From Euprymna scolopes (taxonomy: Eukaryota), in assembly GCA_053919585.1 (NCBI GenBank), contig CM132818.1: 64,000 nucleotides of DNA; one strand, given 5' to 3'. Both the position numbers and the translations under genes were made by a program. Of the stretch, positions 28,432 through 41,399 are shown piece by piece. The stretch's first letter is position 1. Each line of letters starts with the position of its first letter. A model generated the notes under the pieces. It was not told the DNA's origin. It did no database searches and saw nothing but the letters and a program-made list of their open reading frames with translations.

Positions 28432-31400
28432 AGCAAAATAAAAATTACTAGCGCGCTGGTTTGTAAAAAAAAGAGAAAAAATGGCAAAGATTAATCCTTC
28501 CTCCAATGGTTACTGCATAACATTAAAACTAGTATTCTTATCACTTGCACGCTATTCTGTTTAGAACTTGATGGTCAGAAAATGGGTGATCAGTTTTATG
28601 TTAAATTTATAGATAAGTGATCTTCTCGCTCTAAAATTTTAAATATTTTCTAAAAACAAAACAAACGGAAGTGACATAAATATAAGTGATATGGTCAGGA
28701 AATGAGTGATCATTTTATGTTAAATTTATATAGCAAAGTAATCCCCCACTTTTAAATCTAAAATAAAATAATAGATTTGTACACAGAAAAAAGGTCCATA
28801 AAAAGGAAAAACTAAATACTCAAAAAGCGTCTTTTTTTTCATATTATCCTCCTCCCATTTACAAACTACGTAATAAAAATGGTCGACGTTAAATTAACCT
28901 GGGACCCCCCCCTCCCGAGCTAAATCTGAAATATGTACATTTTCAAATAAAAATATATTATTAATCTGAAAGTGATAATATTCCGAATGACAAACGCATT
29001 TTTAGCTAGTGGCGTAGTAAGTTAATTCTATTTACCCACCTGTCGAGGGCAGATGTCAAATTTTAGTGTGGAGAAAAATCCAATTTCTCAAAAAGTAGCA
29101 CTTTGTATTAGGACAAAATGAAAAATTATCCTCAGTCTAGGATATCTCTTCCACTGACCGAGGGTAAAACAGATGAAGTGTAGCAATGTAGTATGAGAAC
29201 AGATACCACACTTTGAATTATTTGCGCAGCCAAAAGGACAAGGATCTTGATCCAAACTTGTTTGACACCTGGCTCATTTCTACCAAAAATTAATCTAACT
29301 GGACATGTTTTTTTACATCATAAAAATGTCCAGTTATTTCCAAAGCTAGAATTTGTTTTGGAGTGGGGGGGGGGGATGACGATGAGCCCCCTTCTCCATA
29401 ATTTGTGATTCTATGAAAAAGGCCTTGCGTCTCTCAAATGTCTCTAATCTTTCGGTGCTCAGACTTGCATTTCATACGGTGTTCAATTATAGAATAAAGA
29501 CGGTTCAAAAGTTTCATCTTTTTCACATTGTTTTTAGACACATTTTAGACAGACTTTTATTGGCATCATTTTTTCACATTTAAAAGTTTGAATCATTTTT
29601 AGACGTTTTATTGACTATGTTGTCATATTAAGTGATAATTTATAAAAGAAAAAATAATAACCGTCAATAAAATATGGCTGCGAACGCGAAAATTTTTAGA
29701 GACTAAAAATAAAATTTAAAAGTAAACCTACAATTTAATCGATAATTTTAATTTTGTCATCTTAAAAAAAAAAGACTTAAAAAAGACGTATAAATTTTTT
29801 TTTTTTTTTTTTGGCGTTGCCAATGTCCATGCAGCCCCACCCATTTTCCCACTCTTACAAATGTGACATTCTCCAACTCTCAAAAAAGTATCAACGTTGT
29901 TTAATTCTTCGTAGTATTTTCACGGCCGTCGTTAATTATGCTTCGGAACTCTTCTTGCTTGTCACGGTGTTTGAGAAAAAAAAAAAAAAAAAAAAAAAAT
30001 CATACCGTATTCTGTTAAAGTTGAAATTAAACAAAAAATAATGAAACATAAATAGTTAGACTTGATCTGCAGAGGATAGATTCAATAGAATGGGTACTGT
30101 TAAAAAATATCAAGCAATTCCTTTCATTTTTCGCACACGTTTTGAATAAAATTGTTTTTGGTTTTGTTTTGAAATAAAATTGTTTTTTTTTTTAGTATTG
30201 AAAATTTAATTTTAATTTGATCTTTCTTCTTTGGCAACTTTTTTTGGTGCGCACAAAAACATCTGAAGTTAACTATTTAAAAAAAATAAAATCAAACCGT
30301 CTGTGCTAATACAGTTGATCCGTACCAAATTCCGTTTACACCGGCTAAAACATAATATCACGTGATTTTAGAGGGCATGTATTTTGTACTGATTACACCA
30401 CAGTAATTTAATGTATTGTTTATAAACTAGAATTATAAAATAGAACGAATTTTAAGATAATGCTGGTTCAATGGTAGCCGAAATGTTCAAGATAACCGGA
30501 TAATTTAATAACGATTGTAAAAAGAAAATGGCCGCTGTCAAATTTTCAAAGTCTGTCTGAACGAAAATCACCCCCTATGTATTAGTGTCCATTCCAGAAA
30601 ACCAAAAGCCGTTTTTAACGTGGGGAGGTTGGGAATGTTTATTCCGAAAGCCGTTTTTTTTTTTTTTTTTTTTTTTTTTGCGGGGGGGGGGGGGTTCTTG
30701 TTCAAGTCCGCTTTGTAAAGTTCAAATTTATAGACTTAAAAAATAAATGAAGTATGTGCGATATTCCAACAAACGACTCTTTGAATTGACATCATTTGTT
30801 AAATTTAATCTTGAAGCTGAAACAAACATGAATTGCGCGTGAGAAAATAAAATGTTTTCGATTGGAGACGAAAAGAAAAGCAATTACTTTCTGATAATTG
30901 AAAGGCTTTTCTGAAATTTCGAAGTATCATGATAGCAAATAAGGCAGTCATTTTAATGTATTAAAACTAAAACGACTGTTTATCGTGATTCTTCGAAAGT
31001 AATGTTGAAGTCTTTAAATTGACGAATAAAAAAATAATTTATAACTTGAATCAAAGTTTAAAAGAAAGCTAAAGTATTATAGTTTATTTTTATTTTTTTC
31101 CTGGGAAGTAATTTTTAGATGCATCAAATAGCCGAATCTTTATTTAATTCGTATATTCTGTAATAAGAGATGCTCGTTGCTCGTCTTCTAAAAAAACGAA
31201 AAAAGAGTTTATTCAAATTCTGACTAGTCCAAATTAACAGACGGCCAGAGGAGCTGAGTCTCCGACGTGTCCCTTCGTCGACTTCTAAAAACGTCTCGAA
31301 TATAGCGAAATTCGAGATTTAGTAGCGCTGGCTGGGTGTTTTTTTTTTTTTTTTTTTATTACAAAGTAACCTAATTTATTCACAGCCTCTATAGACCAAG

Positions 31401-31758
31401 CCTGACAAGCTGAACCCAATAGTTGGCCCCTAAAATCAAAAGAGTGGAAGAAGAAAAATCGGCTTGGAATGGGAGGGGGGGGGCGTAATGATGTGCGTCT
31501 CAGAAAAGCTGAACGCGAAGCCGTCGTTTTCAGCTTCGAAAAGAAAAAAAAAACGATTCCATCAAAAGAAGGGTTTAAATAACAAAGGTCGGCATGTTTG
31601 AAATAAAGAAAACAAATCTTGATGGACGCTAGTTAAGGAAAATATTTCATACTTGAGTTCAAATTTAAGTACGACGCATTTTTTGGTGGTGACGGGGATG
31701 CGGCGAAGAGTGTGTAAAAGGCGTATGTGTTTGTGAGAGAATTGTAATTCTTTGTCAG

Positions 31759-31881
31759 AATGAGTTATATGGTCAGCCGGTTCGCTTTGGTACTCAGTAC
31801 TACTAGGAGGTGCAGATGCAGTCTCCCAGGTATTACCTCGTTCTTCAAGAGGAGAGCGGTCGCCTGAAGCGCCTTTATTGA
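31759..31881 (+). other. GC-richer exon-like segment with short overlapping ORFs
   Basis: tttgtcag|...CCCAG|gtatta brackets 31759-31829. ATG 31760 gives MSYMVSRFALVLSTTRRCRCSLP; ATG 31816 gives MQSPRYYLVLQEESGRLKRLY*. Confidence 0.25.
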
Positions 31882-32403
31882 AGAATGCTGGCAGGCCTGT
31901 TTTCTGCAATTTTTATATCTTTCTAAAGCACCCCCCTTGAGGGAGCTCTCCCTTCCTCCGTTAACTTTGCTGCAGTAGGAATCTAATAAGTGTAAATTTA
32001 AAAGACTAAGAATCGTCTACGATTTCTCCTTTACATAGGATCGGAGGAGGGGGGAGGGGCTACTGATAAAGAATGACTCATCCGACACCAAATCTATAAA
32101 ATGAATCGTTGTGCGTGCATTTTTTTTCTTTCTTTCTTTTTTAAAACTAATTTTATTGAAAAGTTAAATTATTTTAGCCTATGCCCAACTTAATTGTAAT
32201 AACTCAAATGCTGGATGATAATTAAGATTTACAAGTACCAATATCCTAACTATTTGGGTCTTATCGTCTTTTTTGTGACCAACTTGCCTTCTTACTACCA
32301 TGTTTGTTTTCTGATACAGAACTGCAGCATCAAGGGACAGAGCACGTTGTTTCTTCGGTTAATGCGCGCTAGCGTGCGTGTATGTGTCTTTATCAAGTTA
32401 TTT

Positions 32404-32445
<42 letters not shown>

Positions 32446-33082
32446 TCTTTTCATCAAGAAAATGTTTAGTTGATTATTACACGTAAAAATAAATTCAGAA
32501 ACAACAGGGAAAGAATTTATAATGACAGTTTCCGGCTGTATAAAAGAATTTGATCCATGAAAACGCAAAAGTTATGAATTAAAACGCAACGCAGTCGCAC
32601 AGCTCTAATTTCTTGTAAATGAAAACAATTTAGTTTCATAAATTTTTTTTGTTTGTTTAGTTTAATTTCGGTTATTTTGTTTTTTGACCACTTTTTTGAT
32701 TAAATTGATTGTTGAATTTAAATTTCATTTTTAGTATTGAAATTTTATCTTTAGTATTGAAATTTTGCTTTAAAATGGTGAAAATATTTAAATCGTTGAC
32801 CTTGATTTTTTTTTTGTTAGTAAAAATATTTGTACATTTGTACACTGTCTACACTGAAATTAAAAAAAATGTTTTCATAAAAAGAAACTTTAAACGTTCT
32901 TTTTACAAAAACAAATAAGTTTTAATTATTTGAAGTTAAATCGTTTCTCCAAAACATGACTGCCTGCGAGAAAAAAAAAAAAAGAAAAGCAACTTTAAGC
33001 GATTGTGCACTATAGTTACCAAGAAAATTAAAGATAAAAGCAAAATAAATTTACAACAATTAACTTCTACCGAACGCAAGAA

Positions 33083-34282
33083 ATCTTATGAGATGACTGA
33101 CCAATTATTATGATTTCAGGTTCAAATAGACAACTACAGCACGGATTGGAATACACAATAAAGCCTGATTGTCACAGCTGGTGAATTTGAAAAATGCAAT
33201 CTAGACGTGAGGATACTTTAGAAGAACGATGTACAATAAAATTCTATTTAAAACTTGTGGAAAAAAATGCCACAGAAATGTATAGAATGCTTCAGACTGC
33301 TTTTGGACCATCTTGCATGAATCGAGCATCAGTTTTTGAGTGGCATACGAGATTCAAGGAAGGCAGGGATTCTGTGAGGGGATAATGAGAAGTGTGGGGA
33401 ATATAACAAAGTCAGAATACCAGAGTTGATTGACCAAATAAAGAATTTCATGGACAAGGAGGGCTGTTGTGTATGGATAGAGACCATAAGTGCACAATTT
33501 GATGTCGGTGTGGGAACTGTACACACAATTATTTGTGAGAAACTATGGAAGATTTGCATAAAGTTTGTCTCCAGGGTGCTTAGAGAAGATCAGAAAGACA
33601 TCATGACAGCAGGGAGATGATGGAGCTGATCAATTCAGATCCCACAGTTCTTGATGCTCTGATGACCTGCAATGAAAGCTGGATCTACTGCTATGAACCA
33701 GAGACCAAGATACAGAATTCTCAGTGGAAACATGCAAGAAAGCCAGACAGAGAAAATCCACTCAGAAATTTATGATGATCCCTTTTTTGACAGCAGGGAA
33801 TGATCAAAATGCACTGGGTTTTCACTAGACAGACAACAAGGAATACTATGTTGAGGTTTTAAGGGAGTTCAAGAAGAGATTCCATCAGAAGAGGCCAGCA
33901 TTCTTCAAATTGAGTCGGTGGCATTTTCACCAGGACAATGCACCAGTCCATGCTTGTCACAGACTATTTGATCAAGATGGGCAGCAAGTTCACCCTCCCT
34001 ATAGTTCCGACCATGCTCTGTGTGACTTTTGGTTATTCCCTAAGCTCAAGGAAAACCTTAGAGGCTGTTGTTAAGAGACAATTGAAATGAAAGAGGCTGT
34101 GACAAGGGTCATTAACATGCTCACACAAGAGGAGTTCCATAGGGCCTTCCAGAAGTTATTGGAACGGTACAAGTGCATTGCAGCCGGAGGAGATTACTTT
34201 AAAGGGAACTAGAGTTTTATGTGTGCTATCAATAAAAGTGCTAATATGAAAAAGTATGGAAACTTATTGAAGGCACCTTGTA
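33083..34282 (+). mobile_element. Decayed mariner (Tc1/mariner, DD34D-type) transposon; 5' TIR missing
   Basis: HTH region ERCTIKFYLKL..KNATEMYRMLQTAFG...VFEWHTRFKEGR; catalytic remnants TCNESWIYCYEPETK (D>N), HFHQDNAPVH, HPPYSSDHALCDFWLFPKLK; right TIR ...GGAAACTTATTGAAGGCACCTTG followed by TA at 34281-34282; multiple frameshifts. Confidence 0.93.
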
Positions 34283-34857
34283 GGTGCTGCACAATTGTTT
34301 TCTACAACCTTTTTAACACTTGTGCACTACTCAGACGGATTCACGTTTTTGGTTTTCAGTTTGGATATGGGAAGAATGCATAGCAGCAGGCAAACAAGTG
34401 TAATTTCAGGACCGAGTCGAAAATAAGTGCATATTTTTTGTTGAGAAAGGGTTTTTTATAAATGTCAAAAACTAAATAACACAAAATAAGCAAAATAGAC
34501 ATTTTTTTTTTTTTAACAAAACATGAACAAAGTTTTTGTAACAATTTTTTGAATTAAAATAAATCTAAGAAACTTATAACATAAAACTACAAAAAATTTA
34601 TGTTCCTGTTTTATTAAGAATAAAAAAAAAATGTCTATACTGCGTAATCGTCAAAATAATCTAAGACTAATAAAGGTGTAAACGGGAGAGATATTCCAAT
34701 GGCCGAATTTGTTTTTTAGTTTGTTTTTTACATTTCATTTTCGAGGTGTGGGGTAAGATTGTTAGTTTTTCCTCTTTTTTACCATTAGTTTAAGATAATT
34801 TTTTCTTCATTATTCAATGACTAGCAAAGGGGTGGGGATCGGTTAACCTTACCCGGT

Positions 34858-35310
34858 TGTAAAATACGCTTAAATATATTTTAATCCATGCTGATTTCGT
34901 ATTTGTTATTACAAAGCCAATCTCTATTGAATATTATATTGTACCTAATATATAATACTGATTTCAAAAATTAAAAAAAAAAAAATGATTTGGGTGCCAT
35001 TGAAATATTTAGCGTTCCATCTGCATTCCTTACCTAAACACTATCAATAAATAAATAAGAAAGATTTAAAATCAAATGACTTCAAGCTGTGAATGAATTT
35101 GCACATTAAGAAGTAAGAAAAATATGTTGACAGGTTGAACTGAACATTTTGTATTTCAACTTTCCAACATATTTTTGTATGCATTATTCATCCATCCAAA
35201 CAAAGATTTTACTTGTTATAAACCATCTTTGGCATATGATTACTATTGCCTGTTAATTTCAGTGTTATGTGATCAGTAGTTTAAGAGTTTATCGGTTAAA
35301 TATTTTCACA
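34858..35310. mobile_element. Dispersed repeat, copy 1 (copy 2 at 44901-45385), with internal hairpin
   Basis: Shared AAAATACGCTT.AATATATTTTAAT and GCATTATTCATCCATCCAAACAAAGATTTTACT...GTTATGTGATCAGTAGTTTAAG.GTTTATCGGTTAAATATTTTCACAC. Confidence 0.85.
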
Positions 35311-35496
35311 CACACACATACATACACCTATGTTTTATTTATATAGATGATGTACATTTCTCTTCCATTGTTATCCTCATCTTTAAAAAGATGAAAAAGA
35401 ACTTAATTGCTCAGCTTCTATTTCATCTCCTCTTTTCTTCTTCCCAATTCCCCACCCCACCTCCCTCTTTTTCTTCTTTTCTATTCCACCACCTTA

Positions 35497-35701
35497 TTTT
35501 TAATTGTATTTATATTTTTAATTGTATTTATATTTTTAATTGTATTTATATTTTTAATTGTGTTTATATTTTCCATTTTTAATTGTATTTATATTTTTAA
35601 TTGTATTTATATTTTTAATTGTATTTATATTTTCCATTTTTAATTGTATTTATATTTTTAATTGTATTTATATTTTTAATTGTATTTATATTTTCCATTT
35701 T
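35497..35701. repeat. 19-bp minisatellite (TTTTAATTGTATTTATATT)n
   Basis: Direct read. Confidence 0.92.
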
Positions 35702-36003
35702 CTGACATAAAAATCAGTCAGATTCTTGACTTTCAGCCTATTTAGAATTCCATCTAAGAAATTGGAATTTACTTCTGACTAGATTTGTTTTTCTTGCACA
35801 CAAAAAATATTCTGTGTAGGAAGAATGTTAAAGCCAATTTTTGCTGCTGCTGCTGTGTCATTAATGTAACACTATTTCTAGTGTTGAGCAACACTGGATT
35901 GCCTTGCTAAACAAACTCTGTGAGTCAAGTATGATCATGTCATGGGTTGTAAATTATCAACAACAAAAAAGAATCTTGAGAATTATCTTCAAAAGTGGAA
36001 GAA

Positions 36004-36147
36004 AGTTATTTGAAAGAATTTGATTCAGTTAAAAATTATTATGTTATTTGAAAGAATTTGATTCAGTTAAAAATTATTATGTTATTTGAAAGAATTTAAT
36101 TCAGTTAAAAATTATTGTTATTTGAAAGAATTTGATTCAGTTAAAAA
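36004..36147. repeat. ~37-bp tandem repeat x4 (GTTATTTGAAAGAATTTGATTCAGTTAAAAATTATT)
   Basis: Direct read. Confidence 0.9.
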
Positions 36148-37216
36148 TCCTACATCCAGAAAACAATTTGTTTAGCTTAAGTCCAAAGAAGCCCAGAATT
36201 ATGTAATCTCCTTTTTTCTATGAACTTTGTATTGAATTATTTGATGCAAATAATGTTTTTGATAAGAAAATAACCGTCGATGTTTCGTTATTATTGATTT
36301 ATTATAACTGTTGTTTCCTGACCTGTCCTAATACAAACATTCGAGCTGCAGTGGAGAGAAGCAGCATATCCACCAACACCGAAGCATCTATGAGTGAAAA
36401 ATTCAGCTATAAACGTCTGACATCATCAAACCGCTACCCAAGATACCCGTCTGGTAGGCTCACAGACTAACTAGCGTGTTAAATGGGTTGCCACACGAAC
36501 TTAGGGTCGTTGCACATTTTGTGCACAAAGGGCATTAGAGTGATAATAACCAGTGAGTGTCTGGTTACATTTTTCAAGGGTCCAGCAGTAGACATAGTTA
36601 AGTGTTGCCACCAGACTTAGGGTTAATGCACATCTTCTTGTCGGTGTGTAACTGTTTCATATTGGATTACATTAATAACAAAAGAAATTTCTACATTTCC
36701 TTATCTTTGTCAGTTTTCATATCGACATTTACATTTGTTTATTCAAAATATTAGTTTATTTTATTACAGACGTTCGCCTATCTTGATATCACATATACAT
36801 TTTTTAAAACCACTTTTGTTTTTTTGCTCTGTCAACAAGGCCACAAATTCACAAACTGCAATCCCATGCAAAGCCTCTGAAAACTAGACTACCAGTAGTT
36901 TGTGGGTGGCGACTTTTGATGCCACAGGACGGGATCTTGGTGGCTGAGCCATTTTTCCTGTTTGATGACATTAAAGATCGTAGAGGTCCAATCCAATCAA
37001 TCGGCTGGTTACGTCATGTCCTACTATTTTCAAGTTCATTCCTAATCGTATTATTCAATCAGATTCTTCAAAAATCAAAACATTTTATTTTTTCTCCCCA
37101 AATTGATACAAGAAAGCTGAGGTTCAATCATGATGAGAACAAAGATTACTAATGCCAAGGAATAATGTTTGCAAAGTATAATGTTTTTCTTGGATTGTTC
37201 TTTTTTCTGGGAGTTA

Positions 37217-37289
<73 letters not shown>

Positions 37290-37971
37290 GTAAAATTCTC
37301 TTAGTAAGAGTAATATATTCTGAAATCAATTTTCTCACTTTCACTGTAAAGAGCAGCCTTTTCTAGGAGTAATTTTTTCCCAGAGACATGCTTTTCTGGA
37401 ATGCTCCGTTTTTCAGCTATTGAGTACCCACTGTGGAATTTTCTTTGAAGAGCAATGTCTAATAATAATGGAAAATAAATAATTATTCTATTTTTATAAT
37501 TATTTGTAAACTTTATTCAGCATTAAATAACATATATAGATGGTTAATATGTTGTAAATCAAACCAAACATTTTTGTTTTACATTTTAAAATTAAATTTT
37601 TTTTTTACATTTTAAAATTAAAAATTTTTTTTACATTATTACTCTTTTGTTCATGGTTAGCTTACTTTTTATCTCCTTAACTGATTTAATTTTGTGACCG
37701 CTTGAAATTCTAGTGTGAATCAAATATTTGAAATTGTAAAACAAAACTTTGAAAATTTTATTTTAAAATAAAAAATAATTGGAAAATGAAGTCCATCAGA
37801 ATGCATTTAGCCATTTTAATTACATTTTAATCAAATCCAAAACCATAAATATAATATATATGGAAAATGTCTAATCAAAAACTTTCTCAAGATCATTGAT
37901 TTGAAGAAATATTATACAAGTACAATATTTAGAAAATATTTGATGTGCTTATATATGTATACACCCCCACC

Positions 37972-38325
37972 CATTCCTGAAAGCTTATTCATTGGGTTGA
38001 TGAAATTTGCCACTATATCCATTGAATTAATGTAATGTATATGCAAATAGATGAGGTATCCATGGGGCTTAGTCCTGGAATCAACAATGATGAAAATCTT
38101 TGTGGGTTTCTATAAGAAACAAATACTATCTGGACCCATAAAACCTTTAGTCTACTTTCGATATGTAGACGACATATTTTGCCTTTTTAATGATCAAACT
38201 GAGCAAATAAATTTTTCTCTTTAATAACATGCATCCTGTGTTAAAATATATATGCAAAAGAGAGTATAACTCTACTTTAGATTTGGTAACAAAAACTCCA
38301 TCAAGTTACTTTACATCAATATAAG
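37972..38325 (+). mobile_element. Penelope-like element (PLE) reverse transcriptase fragment, decayed
   Basis: With frameshifts: IPESLFIGLMKFAT...YMQIDEVSMG...IFVGFYKKQIL...KPLVYFRYVDDIFCLF (YVDD at 38162-38173)...NNMHPVLKY. This matches the PLE pattern Y.Q..G.AMG / Y.RYVDD.F / N..HP.L.F. Confidence 0.85.
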
Positions 38326-38396
38326 GCTTCCCTTTATAATATTGAAGTTTTGTACACTCAAAAATCATGAAATTATATATATATATATATATGAGA

Positions 38397-38474
38397 TACA
38401 ATTAACATTTTGAAAATACATCTCATATATATATATATATATATATGAGATACATTTTCAAAATGTTAATTGTA
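38397..38474. repeat. Near-perfect palindrome centred on (AT)n
   Basis: TACAATTAACATTTTGAAAATACATCTCA-(TA)n-TGAGATACATTTTCAAAATGTTAATTGTA, 2 mismatches. Confidence 0.9.
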
Positions 38475-38835
38475 ATATACTTTTCTAAGAAAGTTACTAA
38501 TTCATTGATATGGAATATTTTGCAAAAACTTTTTCCCCTTTTTTTCCCTTTTTTTAATAGTACAAAAATGGTCATATTTACAACAAAGAAATGTTGTGCT
38601 TATCCCCAAATGAATTTAATATCTAGATTATTCATGAGTGCGAAATCTTCTTGACCAGTATCATAAATTTAAAGTTAAAGATGCATCAAAAGTATAAAAC
38701 TCTAAAAAATTGATGTGTTGTTGGAATTTGAAAAGAATCAAAGGAAGATAGCTGGCATGCTCTCAATTGAATCAAAATTATCAAAATGTGAGCTGAATAG
38801 GATCCTTGCTGGCATATTTATTTTTTGATCTACAA

Positions 38836-39190
38836 CAGGAATCTCCAAAATTTTCAGCCATATTGCTTAGTTTTTAGAGCTATAAGGGCCAAAATTTAAA
38901 AAAAAAATGACCTGAACGTGTTTGATATTGTTTTGCTTATTGGTTTTGCTTTTTAGTTAAATTGGTTCTCCAAAACCTCATTCTTTTAACCATTTTTAGT
39001 TAAATTGATTCTCCCAAATTCTTTCAACCATTTTTTTTTAAAAAAGAAAAATCACCACACTATTTTCCCACATTTTCGTTTTTTAAATTTTTCCTGAATT
39101 TTTTTGTATTTTCCAAAAAGACTCCACAGGCCGGATTAAAGACTCTGACAGGCCAGATCTGGCTTGTGGGCCATAGTTTGGAAACTCTTG
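38836..39190. mobile_element. hAT (Charlie-like) MITE with 8-bp TSD
   Basis: Imperfect TIRs CAGGAATCTCCAAA / TTTGGAAACTCTTG; exact TSD ATCTACAA at 38828-38835 and 39191-39198; subterminal GGCCAGATCTGGCTTGTGGGCCATAGTTTG typical of Charlie-type ends. Confidence 0.88.
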
Positions 39191-39309
39191 ATCTACAATA
39201 TCACAACTCCATCCATGATTTTGGATATGACAGCAGGATATTGATTTCAAAGTGTTCAATCAAAGCCAGAGATCATGATTGATCAATGGTCATCTTTAGT
39301 AATTGATCC

Positions 39310-39903
39310 TTATTATGTTTGTGATCGTGGTCCCCAAGTCTGGAAAAGATATGACACCAAATGTGTAAACAAAAAGTGTAAAATTATTATGTTTGTGATC
39401 GTGGTCCCCAAGTCTGGAAAAGATATGACACCAAATGTGTAAACAAAAAGTGTAAAATTATTATGTTTGTGATCGTGGTCCCCAAGTCTGGAAAAGATAT
39501 AACACCAAATGTGTAAACAAAAAGTGTAAAATTATTATGTTTGTGATCGTGGTCCCCAAGTCTGGAAAAGATATAACACCAAATGTGTAAACAAAAAGTG
39601 TAAAATTATTATGTTTGTGATCGTGGTCCCCAAGTCTGGAAAAGATATGACACCAAATGTGTAAACAAAAAGTGTAAAATTATTATGTTTGTGATCGTGG
39701 TCCCCAAGTCTGGAAAAGATATGACACCAAATGTGTAAACAAAAAGTGTAAAATTATTATGTTTGTGATCGTGGTCCCCAAGTCTGGAAAAGATATAACA
39801 CCAAATGTGTAAACAAAAAGTGTAAAATTATTATGTTTGTGATCGTGGTCCCCAAGTCTGGAAAAGATATGACACCAAATGTGTAAACAAAAAGTGTAAA
39901 ATT
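39310..39903. repeat. 74-bp minisatellite, 8 near-identical copies
   Basis: Unit TATTATGTTTGTGATCGTGGTCCCCAAGTCTGGAAAAGATAT(G/A)ACACCAAATGTGTAAACAAAAAGTGTAAAAT; one variable site seen. Confidence 0.98.
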
Positions 39904-41399
39904 CCTTCAATCTCTAATGGGTTTGTGTCACATATTCTGTGCCAGAATAATCTGCTTCTTGAAAAGTTCCATTAATGTTGATCTCTATTGGAAAATGTCT
40001 GCGATCATTCTTTAGTATAACTTTGCTCTCCTTCATACAACAAATTCTACAAAGAAATGGTTCTGGATGCAAATATTGTGCATTAGTTTGCAAATAACCC
40101 TAATGCAGATCCAAAAGAAAAATGATGGTGAATACAATTCATCAAATTTCAAAGAAATGAAGTGAATTATTTTTCAAGTGTGACCATTTATGTCATCTTT
40201 TATTATATGCTTAAATACCAGAATGAGTATTAATACAAAAATATTCATTAATACAAAAATTTATTAATACAAAAAATTTATGAATATACCAATATTTAGT
40301 AACAGACCAATATTTATTACTAGACAAATATTTATTATAAAAATAATTTTAAAAAACTTATCTTTTTGGTACAAGATTTTTGAAAACAATTTGCATTTCA
40401 AAGAAAACCTTCTCAATGAAATATTATTGATATGTCATTCAACAAGCCAAATATAATTGTAATTATATGGGTTATTTGTTCCAGAATTCTGTTTGCACTG
40501 AGTCATGAGTTTTAATGTTAATAAATTTAGCTGCAACACAATATCTGCTATTGTTAATACTTATCAATTTAGAATTGTTATCTTTGCAAGCAACTGAAGT
40601 TGAATTCTTCTTTCTATTCATATCGTTAGTTAAGTAGGTTTGCAACTTTTAAATGGAATATGATATCCATCTTGTTATTCATTGAAGTTTACTAAGAATT
40701 GTTCTAAAATAACATGTACGTGTTTATCAAATGCACCGCTTGAAGTAGCTTAAAACATTGATTCCAATTCCTGAAATTTTAAAAGCCTTCCGTCTAATCA
40801 ATCTTTTGTCTAATAATTCCGACTGTATTATAGCATTTTGATCTTATAAAGAGGATGCATGTGATTTTGAAAACTCTAAATGCAATCTTTTTGCAAATTT
40901 TGATATACAAAATGTAAAAATTTCAATAAGAAAATCATGATACATGATGGAAACTTTAGTTATTTATTATGTAATGATTAGTCTTAAATGATGTTCATCA
41001 TTTATGATTAAAATTTTTGTCACATTTTTTAAATCTAGTGAAGCTGATAATTTTCATTGGTTTCAACTTCTAAGACAATAAATTTGATTTCACCAACTCC
41101 ATTGCCCTGATTGAAATAGTGTCTGTGAATACGTGTTCGAAAAACAGAACATCAACTTGTGAGTGTAAATGAAACCAGAAACAGAATCAAAGAAAAATGA
41201 TGCAAAAAGAAACTTGTGAAAAATGACTGCAACATATAGAATATATACATATATTCAACTGGTGTTATCTCCAAATAAAAATGGTCAAATAAAAATGGCC
41301 ATTATATTTAAAAAAAAAAAAAATTGCAATTTATAAAGAATACTAATTTGGCTATATATTGTTTTTTATTTTTAATCCTTTGAGTAATTTGTGTATTTA

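Noticed and set aside
39310-39903. CRISPR-like periodicity (74 bp)
   Set aside because: The whole unit is identical between copies, there are no spacers, and the context is eukaryotic.
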